Source of the DNA: the human T2T-CHM13v2.0 reference genome, Homo sapiens
NCBI RefSeq assembly: GCF_009914755.1
Contig: NC_060926.1
DNA length: 64,000 nt
Reading direction: 5' to 3' (one strand)
Shown: one piece after another, positions 1 through 15,703 of the stretch
Layout of the letters: every line of letters begins with the position of its first letter
How positions within the stretch are numbered: position 1 is the stretch's first letter
Translations under genes and position numbers: made by a program
The notes under the pieces: model-generated
The model's input: the letters and a program-made list of their open reading frames with translations, nothing else
Databases searched by the model: none
What the model was told of the DNA's origin: nothing

Positions 1-235
1 AACCAATTCTAGCACTCCCTTAGGGGAGCTTTTTGATCATGGCCTGGATAGTTGGTCATGTGTTTACTTTGTTGTGACTGTTTATTCCATCTTTGGAAGA
101 GGATCAACTGGTGTCAGTGTTTTTGTTCTTTATCTCCTGCTATGGGTAGTTTTGTTTTCTTTCATCCTGTCCCACTGGGAAAAGTATAACACAGGGATTC
201 TTTTCCTGCCATGGGGATATGACATTAGCCAGGTG
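1..235 (+). CDS. SELENOI: SELENOI coding exon (probably exon 5, 5'-truncated by the window edge): [23 protein letters not shown]...[10 protein letters not shown]
   Basis: Open frame from base 2 contains the C-terminal part of the CDP-alcohol phosphotransferase motif (G-x3-D-x3-D: GELFDHGLD). Donor GTG|gtaagt at 235/236. Confidence 0.96.
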
Positions 236-474
236 GTAAGTATGTGTTCTACCTTAAATTTTCAGTATTACCATGATACTTTTGGAAAGCTTTTGTCATT
301 GCTTATTTATTGCTCTTAGGCTTTTTTGATTAGAATTGATATGTACTTAAAAATTTTTTATTTTTATTTATGGAAAATTTCAAAAATAGAATAGTATAGT
401 GAATAGTAAAGTAGAGAGAATATTTAGGAAAAAGTAGAGAGAATAGACCCTAATGTACCCATTGCTGAGGCTGA

Positions 475-657
475 GGCCTCCCGAGTAGCTGAGATTACAG
501 GTGCCCACTATCACGCCTGGCTAATTTTTATATTTTTAGTAGAGACAGGGTTTCACTATGTTGGCTGGGCTGGTCTCTAACTCCTGACCTCAAGTGATCT
601 TCCTGCCTTGGCTTCCCGAAGTGTTAGGATTACAGGCATGAGCCACCGTGCTTGACC
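475..657 (-). mobile_element. Truncated Alu
   Basis: Antisense Alu left arm and linker; the tail end is missing. Confidence 0.88.
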
Positions 658-1150
658 CTTCTCAATTATTTTAAAGGAAATTTCTGATATTATATGATAA
701 ATACTTCGCTATATATCTCTAAATGATAAAAGCTTCCTTTAAAAAAACAATCACAATGCCAGTATTACACCAAAAATTTAACCATTTCTTAATGTTATTG
801 CATGTTCATTTGAACTCTTGATTTTGGAAAGAAAGATATGCACATATAATTGAATGGTTGGCTTTTTGTGTTCATTGCCACCTTTTCAGTGTGTAGAGAG
901 ATTTCTTTTTTCTTACTTTAATGGCCTTGCTATTAACTCTCCCTGCCTTGAATCCCAGCTTTTTGTGTTGCCATTTTGCCCATTTGCACCTAAGTCTCCA
1001 GTAAAGAAATCAGAAGTTGGAGTGTTTGTTGAAGTGGTTGGGTGGGTAAATTTGGATCATCTTACAACTTAACCAATTTATGAGTTGCTGTTAAAGTGCT
1101 CCAAATGATGGCCAGTTGCTTGCATTGTCTACAAGTTAGTTATTTTATAG

Positions 1151-1554
<404 letters not shown>

Positions 1555-1645
1555 TGACTTGACTTAATGCTGCATAAAGCATGGTGACTCCTGATCTTTC
1601 TAGCGTTAATGCTTCTGTATGCTTTTGTCTGCATTTTCCTTCCAG

Positions 1646-1754
1646 ACTATTTCTTTTGTCTACATAGTGACTGCAGTTGTGGGAGTTGAGGCCTGGTATG
1701 AACCTTTCCTGTTTAATTTCTTATATAGAGACCTATTCACTGCAATGATTATTG
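1646..1754 (+). CDS. SELENOI: SELENOI coding exon (109 nt): [36 protein letters not shown]
   Basis: Acceptor ttttccttccag| and donor G|gtaag. Phase 0 matches the previous exon. Hydrophobic, transmembrane-type sequence. Confidence 0.96.
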
Positions 1755-2423
1755 GTAAGAAGCTCCATGTTGAAGCCTGTTTTAACCATCACTTTGTTAT
1801 CAAAAGAGCCGGTATTTGACTATAACAAGCAACAACACCCTTTGCCTCACAAAACCTCCAGGAAGCAGAACAACCCTACAACCTTGTAGGATTTCAGCCT
1901 AACCATTAAGAAAAATAAGGTTTCCCTGTTTTTGGGGTTTTTTTGTTCAGCATCAGCTATTTCTAATCAGAGGGAAATACCAAAATAGATCACATAAGCC
2001 TGATAAAGTGACTATTCAAATTAACCTAGGCTGTATTGGAGGGTCCACATTTGGTACAGGTTTTATATTTATCTCAAAGTTGAAAATTACTAGTTTGTAT
2101 GAAATACAGGACAGATGAAATGTAGAGATTATTTTATAATGTATCCACTCAAAAAATTAAGCTTCTATTCCTCTCAGATATCCTCTTTCTTAACCCACTG
2201 ATTGCTAAAGATTTTTTATGGTGGTAATCTTTCTGTTTTGATTTTAGCTGAAGGGGATATCTGTAGGATGATTGACTGAGTGGAGAGGGTATTAGTGGTA
2301 TGGAACGAGTGTAAAGAGAAATCTAGATGGTTATTTAGGGGCCCCAGGAGTGGCACTGAGAACCTTTGTAGAAGTAAAAAGGTATATGTGTGGGCTATGT
2401 CCTGTATTCTGTTCTCTTATCTA

Positions 2424-2731
<308 letters not shown>

Positions 2732-2999
2732 ACCCTTTCCCATTTGGTGAACCTTGGTAATGGAATGGGAATTAGGTAAGGCTTAGAAACTGTTTAGAAG
2801 ATGGTATATTAGGCACTGGCTTTCAGAAAAGGAGTGGTTTGGGCTTTTTTCTGTAGCTCTAGACTGTGCATATTTTAGGAACTATCTTGAAATCTATCAA
2901 ATGTTCATTTTTGATACCTGTATAAACTGTTTTTTCTTTACCTCAAAAATGCTATTTTTCTTCTCCAATTATGTAGTGACCCTTTTGATTGTCCCATGG

Positions 3000-4720
<1,721 letters not shown>

Positions 4721-5597
4721 GTGGTCAGCCAAAGATTTGGGCAAAGTCGATACTGAGATTTTGGCGCTCACCTCTCTATGATTTTTTTGCTTTTGGGGTT
4801 TCCCCATCTGAATCTTCGGCTGCTCTTCCAGCAATTGTGTTCTGCCCCCAACCCTCAAGCCAGTAAGGGCTCTGCCTTCTTCAGCCCAGTCTGAGTGTGG
4901 GTTGGGAACACACTTAGTAAGAGATACAGCAGACTCACATCTCACCAAGAACACCTCTGTCTTTCAAGCACAGCATCTCCTCTACTTTCTGCCTTCTCTT
5001 TCACTATGTTCTGTGGGGTCTCCGATTTGCTTGCTTAGTTTAGCATCCACCCAGGAATCTGGGCAGAGCATATACTCAGATTTAGAATCTCAACCCTTCT
5101 GCATCTCTCTCTTCTACAATATCCCCCACCCTGCTTTCTAGTTCCTCTGCTGCTCTGAATCTATTATCTGCTTCCATAAGCTGGTAAGGAAGACTGTGGC
5201 TTTCCATCATCTGGTCTGGGACAGGGGGTAGGCAAGCCACGAACTCAGAGTTGTTCCCCAGTGTTTCAAGTGTAAATGCTTCTCGAATTTCTGTCTGTCC
5301 TTCAGTATTTTCTAGTACCTTCAAGTAGTTGTTTTAAATATTTTGTCTGGTTTTTAATCATCATTTGTGAGAAGAATTGTCCTCCCTTTTTATGCCATCA
5401 TTAACAGATGCCTTCCTTCCTTTAGATTATTTTAAAGCAAATCCCAGATATCATTTCTTTTCATCCGTAAATATTTCACTGTGTATCTCTAAATGATAAG
5501 GTTTTCTGTAAAAGAACCACAATTGATGTATTTCTATAGCTGCCGAGTACCTATACATTGCCTTTGGTTGGTATGCCTTTTAAATTTCTGTTAATCT

Positions 5598-5888
<291 letters not shown>

Positions 5889-6739
5889 ATTTCTTTTAAT
5901 CTACGTAGCTTTTCCCTATTTTTTCTTTGAAGTTTATGTATTGAAGAAAGTAGGTCATTTGGCCAATAGAATTCTTAGATTCTGCGTTTTCCTGGTTGTG
6001 GTCTCATGGCATTAACATGTTCCTCTGCCCCTCACTTTTCCTATAAACAATAGTTAGATCTGTGAGCTTATTTTGATACAGGTTTAATTTTGGGGGTTGG
6101 GGGGCATGCTGGGGAACAGTGTTATTAGGTACTGGTCTTCCTATTGCATCACATTAGGAGGCATGTAGCGGGTTCAGGTTTTGTATGTCTGTTCCATCTG
6201 CTGCAAGTATATATATATATATATTTTAACCTGCTACCTTAAACTATTAAGGGTTAAACTTCACCTAATAATATTAACAGACATTGATTAACATGGCTTA
6301 GGAATTCATTCATTCAGTGGATAGGTAAGGAAATCAAGTTTTTATGATAAAATACTTCATAAATACATACTGATAATTCCAAAGCAAATTTGGTAGTACA
6401 GAATTTTTACTTAACCTCATTGATCTTATATTTTTATCTCCTTTAAACTATGACAAAATCCTTGGTTTTAAGTGACACAGAATACTCATTTGCTTTATTC
6501 CATGAACTATTCACAACAGTCTCCGAATACAGTACCTAAATCAGCAAACAGAGGAAAACTGAAAATTAAGATTTTGTTTTTTTGCAGTTTTATTCATCCT
6601 TACGTCTTATCCCACTAGGTGTGTCCCGTCAGTTTACTGTATTTTAAAGTCACCACTCTGTGGTTATGCCACCAGTTGTGGATTTATACATCTAGGTTTA
6701 TTTGTTTTACTTTAAGAATTACTTTCTCTTTTAAAATTC

Positions 6740-7700
6740 ATTTTTCCTTTATAATTATGTAAAATATTTGTGATAAAGTCAAATTTACAGAATGAGGTAT
6801 ATTCAAAGAAGTCTAGCTTCTGTTGTTACCCAATCCTTTCTTTCCTCAGAGGTAACCATTCTTAGTTTTTAATTTTATGGCTTATCTTTTCATTGTTTCT
6901 TTCTTACTATAAGTAAATATTTGTGTTTCATTTTATCACTCACTTTCATAGATACATGGTAGCATTCCATTCTATATGTACTGTACTATGTACTGTGCCT
7001 TTTTTCCTCCCCCCTCTTAATTGTATATCCCAGCGATCACTCCACAGTGGTCTATAAGGAGCCTCCTCAGTCCTCTTACAGCTGCCTGGCACTTCATTGT
7101 GTGGATGTACCGTAGTGTGTCCAACCATCCCCCTATCAATAGACATTTGGGTTAGTTCCAGTTTTTGCTGTTGTACAAATTGCTGCAGTGAATAGTCTTG
7201 TACATCAGTCTTTTCATATTTTTTGCCAGGGTGTTGAGGAAGAGGTCCCTAGAAGTAGAATTGCTAGTAGAGGACAAATGTGTGCTGTTTTGCTTAAAAT
7301 TACCATATTCCCCTACATATGGGTTGTGTGATTTTCTGTTCCTACCAGCAGTGTATGAAAGTGCTTGTTAATTTACAGTTTTACCAACATAGTATATTGT
7401 CAAACGTTTGACTTTTTGCCAATCTGATAGGTAAGAAATGATGTGTCTGTACAGTTTTAATTTGCCTTTCTCTTACTATGAATGAGCTTTTCTAGTGTTT
7501 AAGAGCCGTTTGTATGTCCTTTTCTGCATATTTTACATCTCTCAAACAGATTTTTTTTTCTATAGGGTTGTTGGCCATTTCCTTTATTTTTAGAAGCTAT
7601 TCATATATTAGGTATATTAATCCTTTGATATAGATTATAGTTTTCCCCATTATTGTTTCTCTTTTTAACTTTTCTTAAGGTACTTTTTGTCTTGGTGGTT
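6740..7700 (-). mobile_element. Old L1 3' fragment (L1M-type)
   Basis: Antisense L1 3'-end motifs (gacatttgggttagttccagttttt, gttttaatttgcctttctc). Confidence 0.6.
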
Positions 7701-7803
7701 TTAACTGAAGTGTACCTACTTAATAAATAAACTGGAAATGTGAGGAATGAAAATATTTTTTATGACCATGCTATCCTTGGATTGTATCTCCTTCAGTTTG
7801 GTC

Positions 7804-7834
<31 letters not shown>

Positions 7835-9311
7835 TCTACTCCAATTTTTCTCTAGCTGTTAAGTTTCCTATATTATGAAGTCTGGGCCTTCACTTGTGCA
7901 AGATGAAAAGCGGGTCTACATATATATGGTCTCTATCACTGTTCTCTACTTGAAACATAGAGCTTCATAGATAAGTATTTAACAATTAAGTACTCGTTTC
8001 AGAAAGTACATTAAGTACTATAAAGAAGAAACAGAAGATGCAGCGTTTCTCTTTGGCAGCCTGTATAGAGCTCCGGCTTTCTACATGCTCACTATACTTG
8101 AGATAGTTATTTCAAGATTTTTAAAACTAAAATTACTCTTGGTGGCAAATCTTTTGCTAGTTTGTCTCAGCCTATTTCCAACACCTCAGAGCTACAAGTA
8201 ATTCTGCATTAATTCATTTAGCCTTGGCTCCCCTTTGGTGCTTCCCAGCTTGACGTGGAGTAAGCTGCTAAAAATTTCTGAGAACACTGAGGACCTCAGG
8301 TGGTCTTCTCCTTCCTTTCCCTCTAAGTTCGTCTAATTTGGGGAACTTTGTTCTACTTGGGCTTGGAAGTAGCAGAGTAATTCTTTTTAGAGATAAGATT
8401 TCTGTTGGGTTCTAGTCTTCTGTTTTAAGCCAGATGTCTTAGGAATTGTTTAGAAGGAATGTTTTCTGCCTTTAATCTTTAAGGCCATAGCTGCATTGAC
8501 CCTCAAACCAAGTAGAGTCACCAGGTGTCTGGAAGAGACAAACTGGGGCTAATATGTTGCATGACAATGGAACATCCAAATGAAGTGCCCAGCAGCTTGC
8601 CAGATATATTGATTTGGAGTTTGAGAGAGAAAATAATTAGGAACTTATATCACTATAGATCATAGGATCAAAGAATTTTAAAGATGTAAGGGACACTAGA
8701 AAATAGTTCAACCCATCCCCATTGTACAACTGGAATCTGAAGTTCAGATTATTAGAGTTTGTCCAAGAGTCCATAATTAGATATTGCAGTCATCTGTTGT
8801 AAGCTTGTAGTTGTGCTTTAAGAGGGATTCTGAGAGAGAGAGAGTATAAGTACGGTGGGGCACCCAGGTAGTAATATGCAGGAAGTAGAATTGGCAACAA
8901 AGGACACAGAATGAAATGGTGAGATGGCTAGCGGAAACATAGGGAGAATGGCATCACAAAGGCAAAGGGAGGAAAGAATTTCAGTTTAGTGGATAGTCAA
9001 CCAAGGCATTTCACTTAGCAGTCAGGAATGAAAAAACGATACTGAATTTGAACATTAGGAAAGCTTGGTAAATTTCAAGAGTATAATTTCTGCAAAGTTG
9101 GAACACAGTGAATAAAAAAGTGCTAAGAAATTGAGGACAATTGAAAAGTTTAGCAAATGATAAGACAAAGCAGAAGAAGATAGTAGATAGTGAGGACAGC
9201 AGAATCAATAGGAGGGTTTCTTGGGAAGGCCATCTTTGTTTTAAAGTTTATGGGGAGAGAACCAGTGTGCGAATGGAAGTAGCTAGGGGGAGAAACTGAA
9301 AATGCTAGGAA

Positions 9312-9439
9312 GACTGGGTGTGGTGGCTCATGCTTGTAGTCTCAGCTGCTCAGAAGCCTGACGTAGGAGAATTGCTTGACCCAGTAGTTCGTGACCAGCC
9401 TGGAATATAGCCAGACCCTGTTTCCATAAAAAAAAAAAA
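9312..9439 (+). mobile_element. FLAM / Alu monomer
   Basis: Single arm plus A tail, TSD-like GCTAGGAAG on both sides. Confidence 0.8.
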
Positions 9440-9559
9440 GCTAGGAAGGTAAAAAATAAATGTGAAGCAACAGGATTCCCCCTTTGAGTAGCTCATGCTT
9501 ACTGTGCAGTTTCAGTACCCCATACTGTTCTAGGTATCTTAACATGTCATAACTCATTC

Positions 9560-9730
9560 ACTTCTCAAAGCTCTGTGGGGTTGGTACAACTATTATCTCT
9601 ATTTTATAAATAAGGAAACTGAGGCAGTAAAACACCAATTTGCCTGAAGTCCCGTAATCAGTTCATGGTACAACTGAAATTGAGGCCCAGCTGGCTTTTT
9701 GAGTCTGCCCTCTGAATCACCAAATTGTAC
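9560..9730 (+). mobile_element. MIR
   Basis: MIR core (attttataaataaggaaactgaggc). Confidence 0.65.
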
Positions 9731-9900
9731 TGCCACTCTTCCTGTTGTAAATGTTGTTTATAAATGTATTTAATTTTATTACACAAGTAAACTTGAACCT
9801 GAAATTTTTGGGGTCTAAAAAAATTTGTTTTGCATGATTCAGTGGTAATGTAATAATTGCTCTTGAATAAGCATAATAATTGAATAATTATTCCCTTTAG

Positions 9901-9949
9901 GTTGTGCATTATGTGTGACTCTTCCAATGAGTTTATTAAACTTTTTCAG
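9901..9949 (+). CDS. SELENOI: SELENOI small coding exon (49 nt): (G)CALCVTLPMSLLNFF(R)
   Basis: Acceptor ttccctttag| and donor AG|gtaagt. Phases 1 and 2 link the flanking exons exactly. Missed by the ORF track. Confidence 0.94.
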
Positions 9950-10198
9950 GTAAGTATTTTATTTTTTAAATGGGCAAGAAATATGAAAAGTTTTAGCAGT
10001 TGTTAGCTGAACTTAGGGATCTATTTTCCTTTTGGAGTCAGGACATTTTGAAAAGGTCACAAAACCTATATTTTAAATCTTTAATGGGGTAGGATAGTTT
10101 AGGGTGTCGATGGTGGCTAATGTAGTCATTTCAAACACAGCACAAAACTACTAGTTCTTTTGTTACGGTTTTGGACTCATCAAATAGTCTTCTAATGA

Positions 10199-10489
<291 letters not shown>

Positions 10490-11560
10490 TTAGCAAGATC
10501 ATAAAAATTCTGAATGTGTGTAGTTTAGGACCAAACTGGACCTGTGCTGACTTTTCTTAAATAGCCCTTATATAGAAGTTCCTGTCTGGGTTGCGGGGAG
10601 AAGGGAGATGCTCAGGTGGAGTTTCATTTCTCTGATCTATGTGCTTCTCCACTTTTGCTCAGCCACACTGAATTTGCCTATTGTGTCCTGAATATATTTT
10701 GCTCTTTCCCTTCTTAGTAATTTTACTCCCACTGCTTCCTTTGCTCCTTTTTCTTCTGGTTGAAACATTTTCTTACACTTCCCACTTCATCCTTTAGCTC
10801 TCAAATCTGCGTAGCAGAATCTTATTTATGTTAAACCAAGCGCTATTAATCTTCTTCATTTATTTGAGCTGGCAGTTATTTATAGAAGCCATACAGTTTA
10901 AAGCTCTGAAGGATGTAGAGATTATTTCTCTACATTTTCTTCTCATTTTATAACAACGAGGCTCTCATTGGGCAACATATTGCCCGAGGTCGTGTGATCA
11001 ATGGCGGAAGCAGGACTGGAATTTGGAGCTCTGTTCAGCTGAGCAGGCGTGTATTGTATAACCTCCTGTGTGCTTAGAGACACTGAGATGTGGTATGCCA
11101 GTCGCACCTCAGAGTCTTTCATTGTGAGCTGTCTTACTCTAAGTTCTCTATCACTTTGTGTCAAAGCCGCACTTTGAGGTACTCTTCTAGTATTTTATGT
11201 TCATCTTATTTACCCCATTAGAATATCTCATAGAACAAAGTCCAGATTTTATTCATCTTTATATTCTTAGCACAGCAGTTGATAGTTTGGTTTAAAGAGA
11301 AAAAAATGGGATTAGAGGTCAGAAGATTTCAGTCCTAATCCTGGCCCTGCCACTTGGTACCAAGTTTTGTAAATTTAAATTCTCTTATCCTCACTTAGCC
11401 TGTCTGTAAAATGGGATTAATGATGTTGGTTCTGTCTATGCCACAAGATTATTGTGAGTATAAAATAAGTGTATAAATAAGGAAACTATAAACTACAGTA
11501 CAAGTACTGTACAATTTATATGTAATAATGTTCTTTATATTACTTGATTTTTTTTTCCAG

Positions 11561-11741
11561 AAGCTATAAAAATAACACCTTGAAACTCAATTCAGTCTAT
11601 GAAGCTATGGTTCCCTTATTTTCTCCATGCTTGCTGTTCATTTTGTCTACAGCGTGGATCCTTTGGTCACCTTCAGATATTTTAGAGCTACATCCTAGAG
11701 TATTCTACTTTATGGTTGGAACAGCCTTTGCCAACAGTACA
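11561..11741 (+). CDS. SELENOI: SELENOI coding exon (181 nt): [22 protein letters not shown]...VGTAFANST
   Basis: Acceptor tttttttccag| and donor ACA|gtaaga. Frame continuous. Confidence 0.96.
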
Positions 11742-12955
11742 GTAAGATTTTTTTCTTTTAAAAATCATAATATATATTAGGATTGTATGACAGAATTTGA
11801 TAATTTGAAAAATCTTTAATATTAGAATAAACAGATTTTAACTTAAAGATTTTTATTTCAGAAATTTGAAAGAATAGTAACCTCAAAGACTGAAATGCTG
11901 AAAATTATTTTATTTTGCCCTTTGAAACCAATAGGATTGGAGACTACAGTAGTATTTTGGAACTATGGCACACTTAAATTTTTTATTTTGGTTGCCCGCT
12001 GAAGAATTCATGGAAAAAATTTATAGATTCCCTTTAGACTCTAAATATATTACCAGTATGGCTAAAATAGCTGCAGACTTAAATGATTATTCTAGGAAGC
12101 TTGGAAGAGATTTTTGAGAAAGAGAAAACACACACTTTAAAAATCAGCTGATTTTAAGATTAAGAACGTGGAATTTAAAACTTTGTAATAAATAGAACAT
12201 ATTCTTATAAATTCCTTTCCATGCTGGACTGTGCAAGAGAGCAGACAGGAAGCAGAGATCAGGAGTTGAGAAAAGACTCTGATAGTCCTGAAAGCCAGAA
12301 GGTCTGTGTTCTAGCTCAGGCTGGGTCCTTAGAAGTTTTTATTTTGTAACTTAGCTACTCATCTTATGTTTCCATGTTTGTAACGTGTGTAATATCTCAA
12401 GTCTTGCTGATTTTATAGGGTTTAAATATCTAAAAACACTAATGCATTGTATAAAAAGTGTCTCTGAAAGAATTAAATTATATTCAAGTAAGGTCTTCAA
12501 AAATAAAGGAGCCAAAGAGGTTTTGAGATACTAATTATGGCAATGGGACTGAATTGGAGATAGCACTTCTTCATCATTGCCATAAAGAAACTTAATTGTG
12601 TGGGGGTGTGGGAGGCTATTTTGATTTTTTTTTTTAACATATCGTAGAATCTTAAAATTGAGAGAAATTTCTTTTATTCAAACTGTTGCCCAGTGGGAGA
12701 ATGCCTTCTATAGCATCCTTATTCAGTTATCTTCCAGCCTCTTCTGACACACACTCTGAGGTTACATGGGTTTTTGGGCAGGGCCAGGGGTCCAGTTGGG
12801 CCCCTAAGCATTGAGAACTTCTGAACTTAGATAATGTAAGTGTGTTGGTTCAGGTACTTGAATGCTTTTCAAATGTTGGAAAGACTAGTTTTGGAAGTGC
12901 TTTGCTAATGAAATTTTTCTTTTTTTCTCTCTTATTTTTTTAAATTGACGTCCAG

Positions 12956-13138
12956 TGTCAGCTGATTGTTTGCCAAATGAGTAGTACCCGGTGTCCAACT
13001 TTGAATTGGTTGCTGGTTCCTCTCTTCTTGGTTGTCTTAGTGGTAAACCTAGGAGTAGCCTCTTACGTTGAGAGCATTCTCCTGTATACATTAACAACTG
13101 CTTTTACTCTGGCCCACATCCATTATGGAGTACGAGTG
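12956..13138 (+). CDS. SELENOI: SELENOI coding exon (183 nt): [20 protein letters not shown]...[10 protein letters not shown]
   Basis: Acceptor gacgtccag| after a long pyrimidine tract and donor GTG|gtgagt. Phase 0/0. Confidence 0.95.
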
Positions 13139-14010
13139 GTGAGTAATCTACAGCAAAATGGGTTCAATTTGGGGCTTATAAATGGCACCAATAAATGCCT
13201 CCAAGTAGAAAGGAGGCAATGGAAAATTTTAAAAAGAAAGTTGCTTATTATAGTAGCTGTAAGGGTTTTGGGATATTCTCTAAATTTTGGATAATATCCA
13301 GATGTTTAATTTCAGATATTGTTTCTCTAATGAGTATGTTACTGTAATAACAAATGATTTTAAAGCTGGATAATTATTGTGAGGAATTAGTTATTACTGT
13401 AAGTGGGTATGTATAAGCCATCTTCTTGGTGAGTAGAATTGTAAACTGAGCCTTTAGTTATATGGGATCAGATAATCACATTTGTTAATTATCTATTTCT
13501 TCACTTGCTTCTTTAGCTTTAGGGGCATTTTTATTGTTCATTAACAAAATTTGGAAAGAAATGTAATTGGTTGTGTAGTGCTTTTTCCCTCCCACTGCCC
13601 AGTTTGCTAAGCAGTTGTGGTGAGGGAGATTAGAATTTCTGACTGAAGGAAGACTTTGGCATTATTTGAGGTTTTACTTCATTTATGTTATTCTCGAGCC
13701 CTCATCAGCAAAATTGATAAATAAGGGGAAATATAGAAGAAAAGGGATTTTGAGAAATGTTTTGTAAACTTGATATTTTCTTCTAAAATAAACTAATTTT
13801 AGGAGAATGGACGAATATAGATATAATGAAATCAAATGGAACCATGTGGTTTTTCTTTCACTTTAACATTCTTTTCTAATTATTTTACATTTTTAACATA
13901 GGCTGTGCAATATTCCACCAAGGAGATTACTTAATAATGACCTTGCACAGTACAGTTATTTTAATCATTTAGGTTGTTTCCAGATTTTCACCATTATAAA
14001 TATTGCCCTA

Positions 14011-14332
14011 GGCTGGGTGTGGTGGCTCATGCCTGTAATCCTAGCCCTTTGAGAGGCTGAGGCGGGTGGATCGCTTTAGCTCAGGAGTTCGAGACCACCC
14101 TGGGTAACAGTGTGAAACCCTGTCTCTACAAAAAATACAAAAAAAAAATTAGCCAGATGTGGTGGTACAGGCCTGTAGTCCTAGCTACTTGGAGGGCTGA
14201 GGTGGGAGGATCGCTGGAGCCCAGGAGGTCGGGGCTACAGTGAGCTGAGATGGTGCCACTGTGCTCCAGCCTGAGTGACAAAGTGAGACCCTGTCTCAAA
14301 AAAAAAAAAAAAAGAAAAAGAAAGAAAAAAAA
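14011..14332 (+). mobile_element. Alu (AluJ-like)
   Basis: Full-length Alu consensus. Confidence 0.92.
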
Positions 14333-15604
14333 TGTTGGCATAAACAATCTCGAATATTTTTGTTTCATTTGTTTTATTTTCCGAGGATAATTTCATAGGA
14401 ATGGGGTTGTGACAGGGTATTCACATTTTTATGACTCTTAAAACACTTCTATTTGGTATGCTTGTTTGAAAGGAACCCTGCTGTTAATCCGTTTGAGAAA
14501 CAAAATATCTTCTGTATTTTCACACACAGTTTTTAAGTGGGAGAGGCAGCTATCATGCTTGATAACAACTTTATACCTTGCATATGTTGCTAAACTTGGG
14601 CTTTCTTCCCTTAGTGTTTCTCTACAAAGTTGCCCTCATTTGTTAGAACAAACTAGATACAATTGTTAAGGAGAAAAAAGCTGTGATGAATTGTGATATA
14701 AGACATAATTATTTTTGTTTTTATTTGTACAAATGTAACCTTATATACCTTATATCAATACTCTTCGGCCTTTATCCTGATATTTCATCAATATATGCAT
14801 GGCATAGAATATCCATTTGCCAGTGTCTTTTTTAATTGTTTTCATTTACTATAGCCTTTTAGAAGCATATCTTTAGAAAGCTACATACATACCAAACCAA
14901 ACCAAAATATACTTTTCTTTAAATGATAAAGGTACTACATTTTCATTGTTAAAAACCTGGAAAATAAATAACACGCTAACTGGAAAACAATTTAGGATCA
15001 TCTTTTTTATCTGTCTTTGTGTTCTTTTACCACATCTACAACTTCTGGCCAGAAGTTAAAACTTGCTAGGCCACACAAAACATTCACTTGAACTGCTGAA
15101 ATGTAAATAATAAGTATCAAGTAAATGACATGCACTCGCTGACCTATAACTAAGCTCTTGCCTTCCCACTAGAGATACCCTAACTAATAAGGCCTCTCCA
15201 AATTCATAGATCTAGTTTTGTACTATTTCATCGGGATTAGGAATGATTACTTAGAAATGTTTAGCAAGCTGAATATAGAGTCTAACTATAAATATGATTA
15301 CTTGATCTAGATGCTACAGGTCAACTAATCCTATAGTTTTTCAGATTTGGATGTGAATTTGAGTGCTCTGGAGGGTTCTCAAGACTAGATTTTAGTTCCA
15401 AGTCCTAACTTTCCCATGTTAGTTCTAGTACTTCCATTTAGCTGTCTAGTTCTATAGCTATCCTAATCCAGAAAAACCTTTTCAGTATTTCTCATGATTT
15501 TTGCCGTGTCAATAAATTGTTATCTCTAGGGGGTAAATTCTGTGTGCTTTTAAAAAACAATAAGGTACATATTTGTCACTGTCTCATGTTCTGATTTTTC
15601 ATAG

Positions 15605-15703
15605 GTAAAGCAGCTGAGCAGCCATTTTCAGATTTACCCCTTCTCATTGAGGAAACCAAACTCAGATTGACTAGGAATGGAAGAAAAGAATATTGGCCTG
15701 TAA
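15605..15703 (+). CDS. SELENOI: SELENOI terminal coding exon: [22 protein letters not shown](Sec, TGA 15668-15670)-LGMEEKNIGL-stop (TAA TAA)
   Basis: Acceptor tttttcatag|. The in-frame TGA is followed by 10 sense codons and tandem TAA stops (15701-15706), and a SECIS lies downstream. Matches the known SELENOI C-terminus (Sec387 of 397 aa). Confidence 0.96.

Noticed and set aside
15601-15610. AG|GTAAAG recursive-splice-like motif at the last SELENOI acceptor
   Set aside because: Terminal exon after a short intron, with no downstream acceptor supported. The GT is simply the Val codon.
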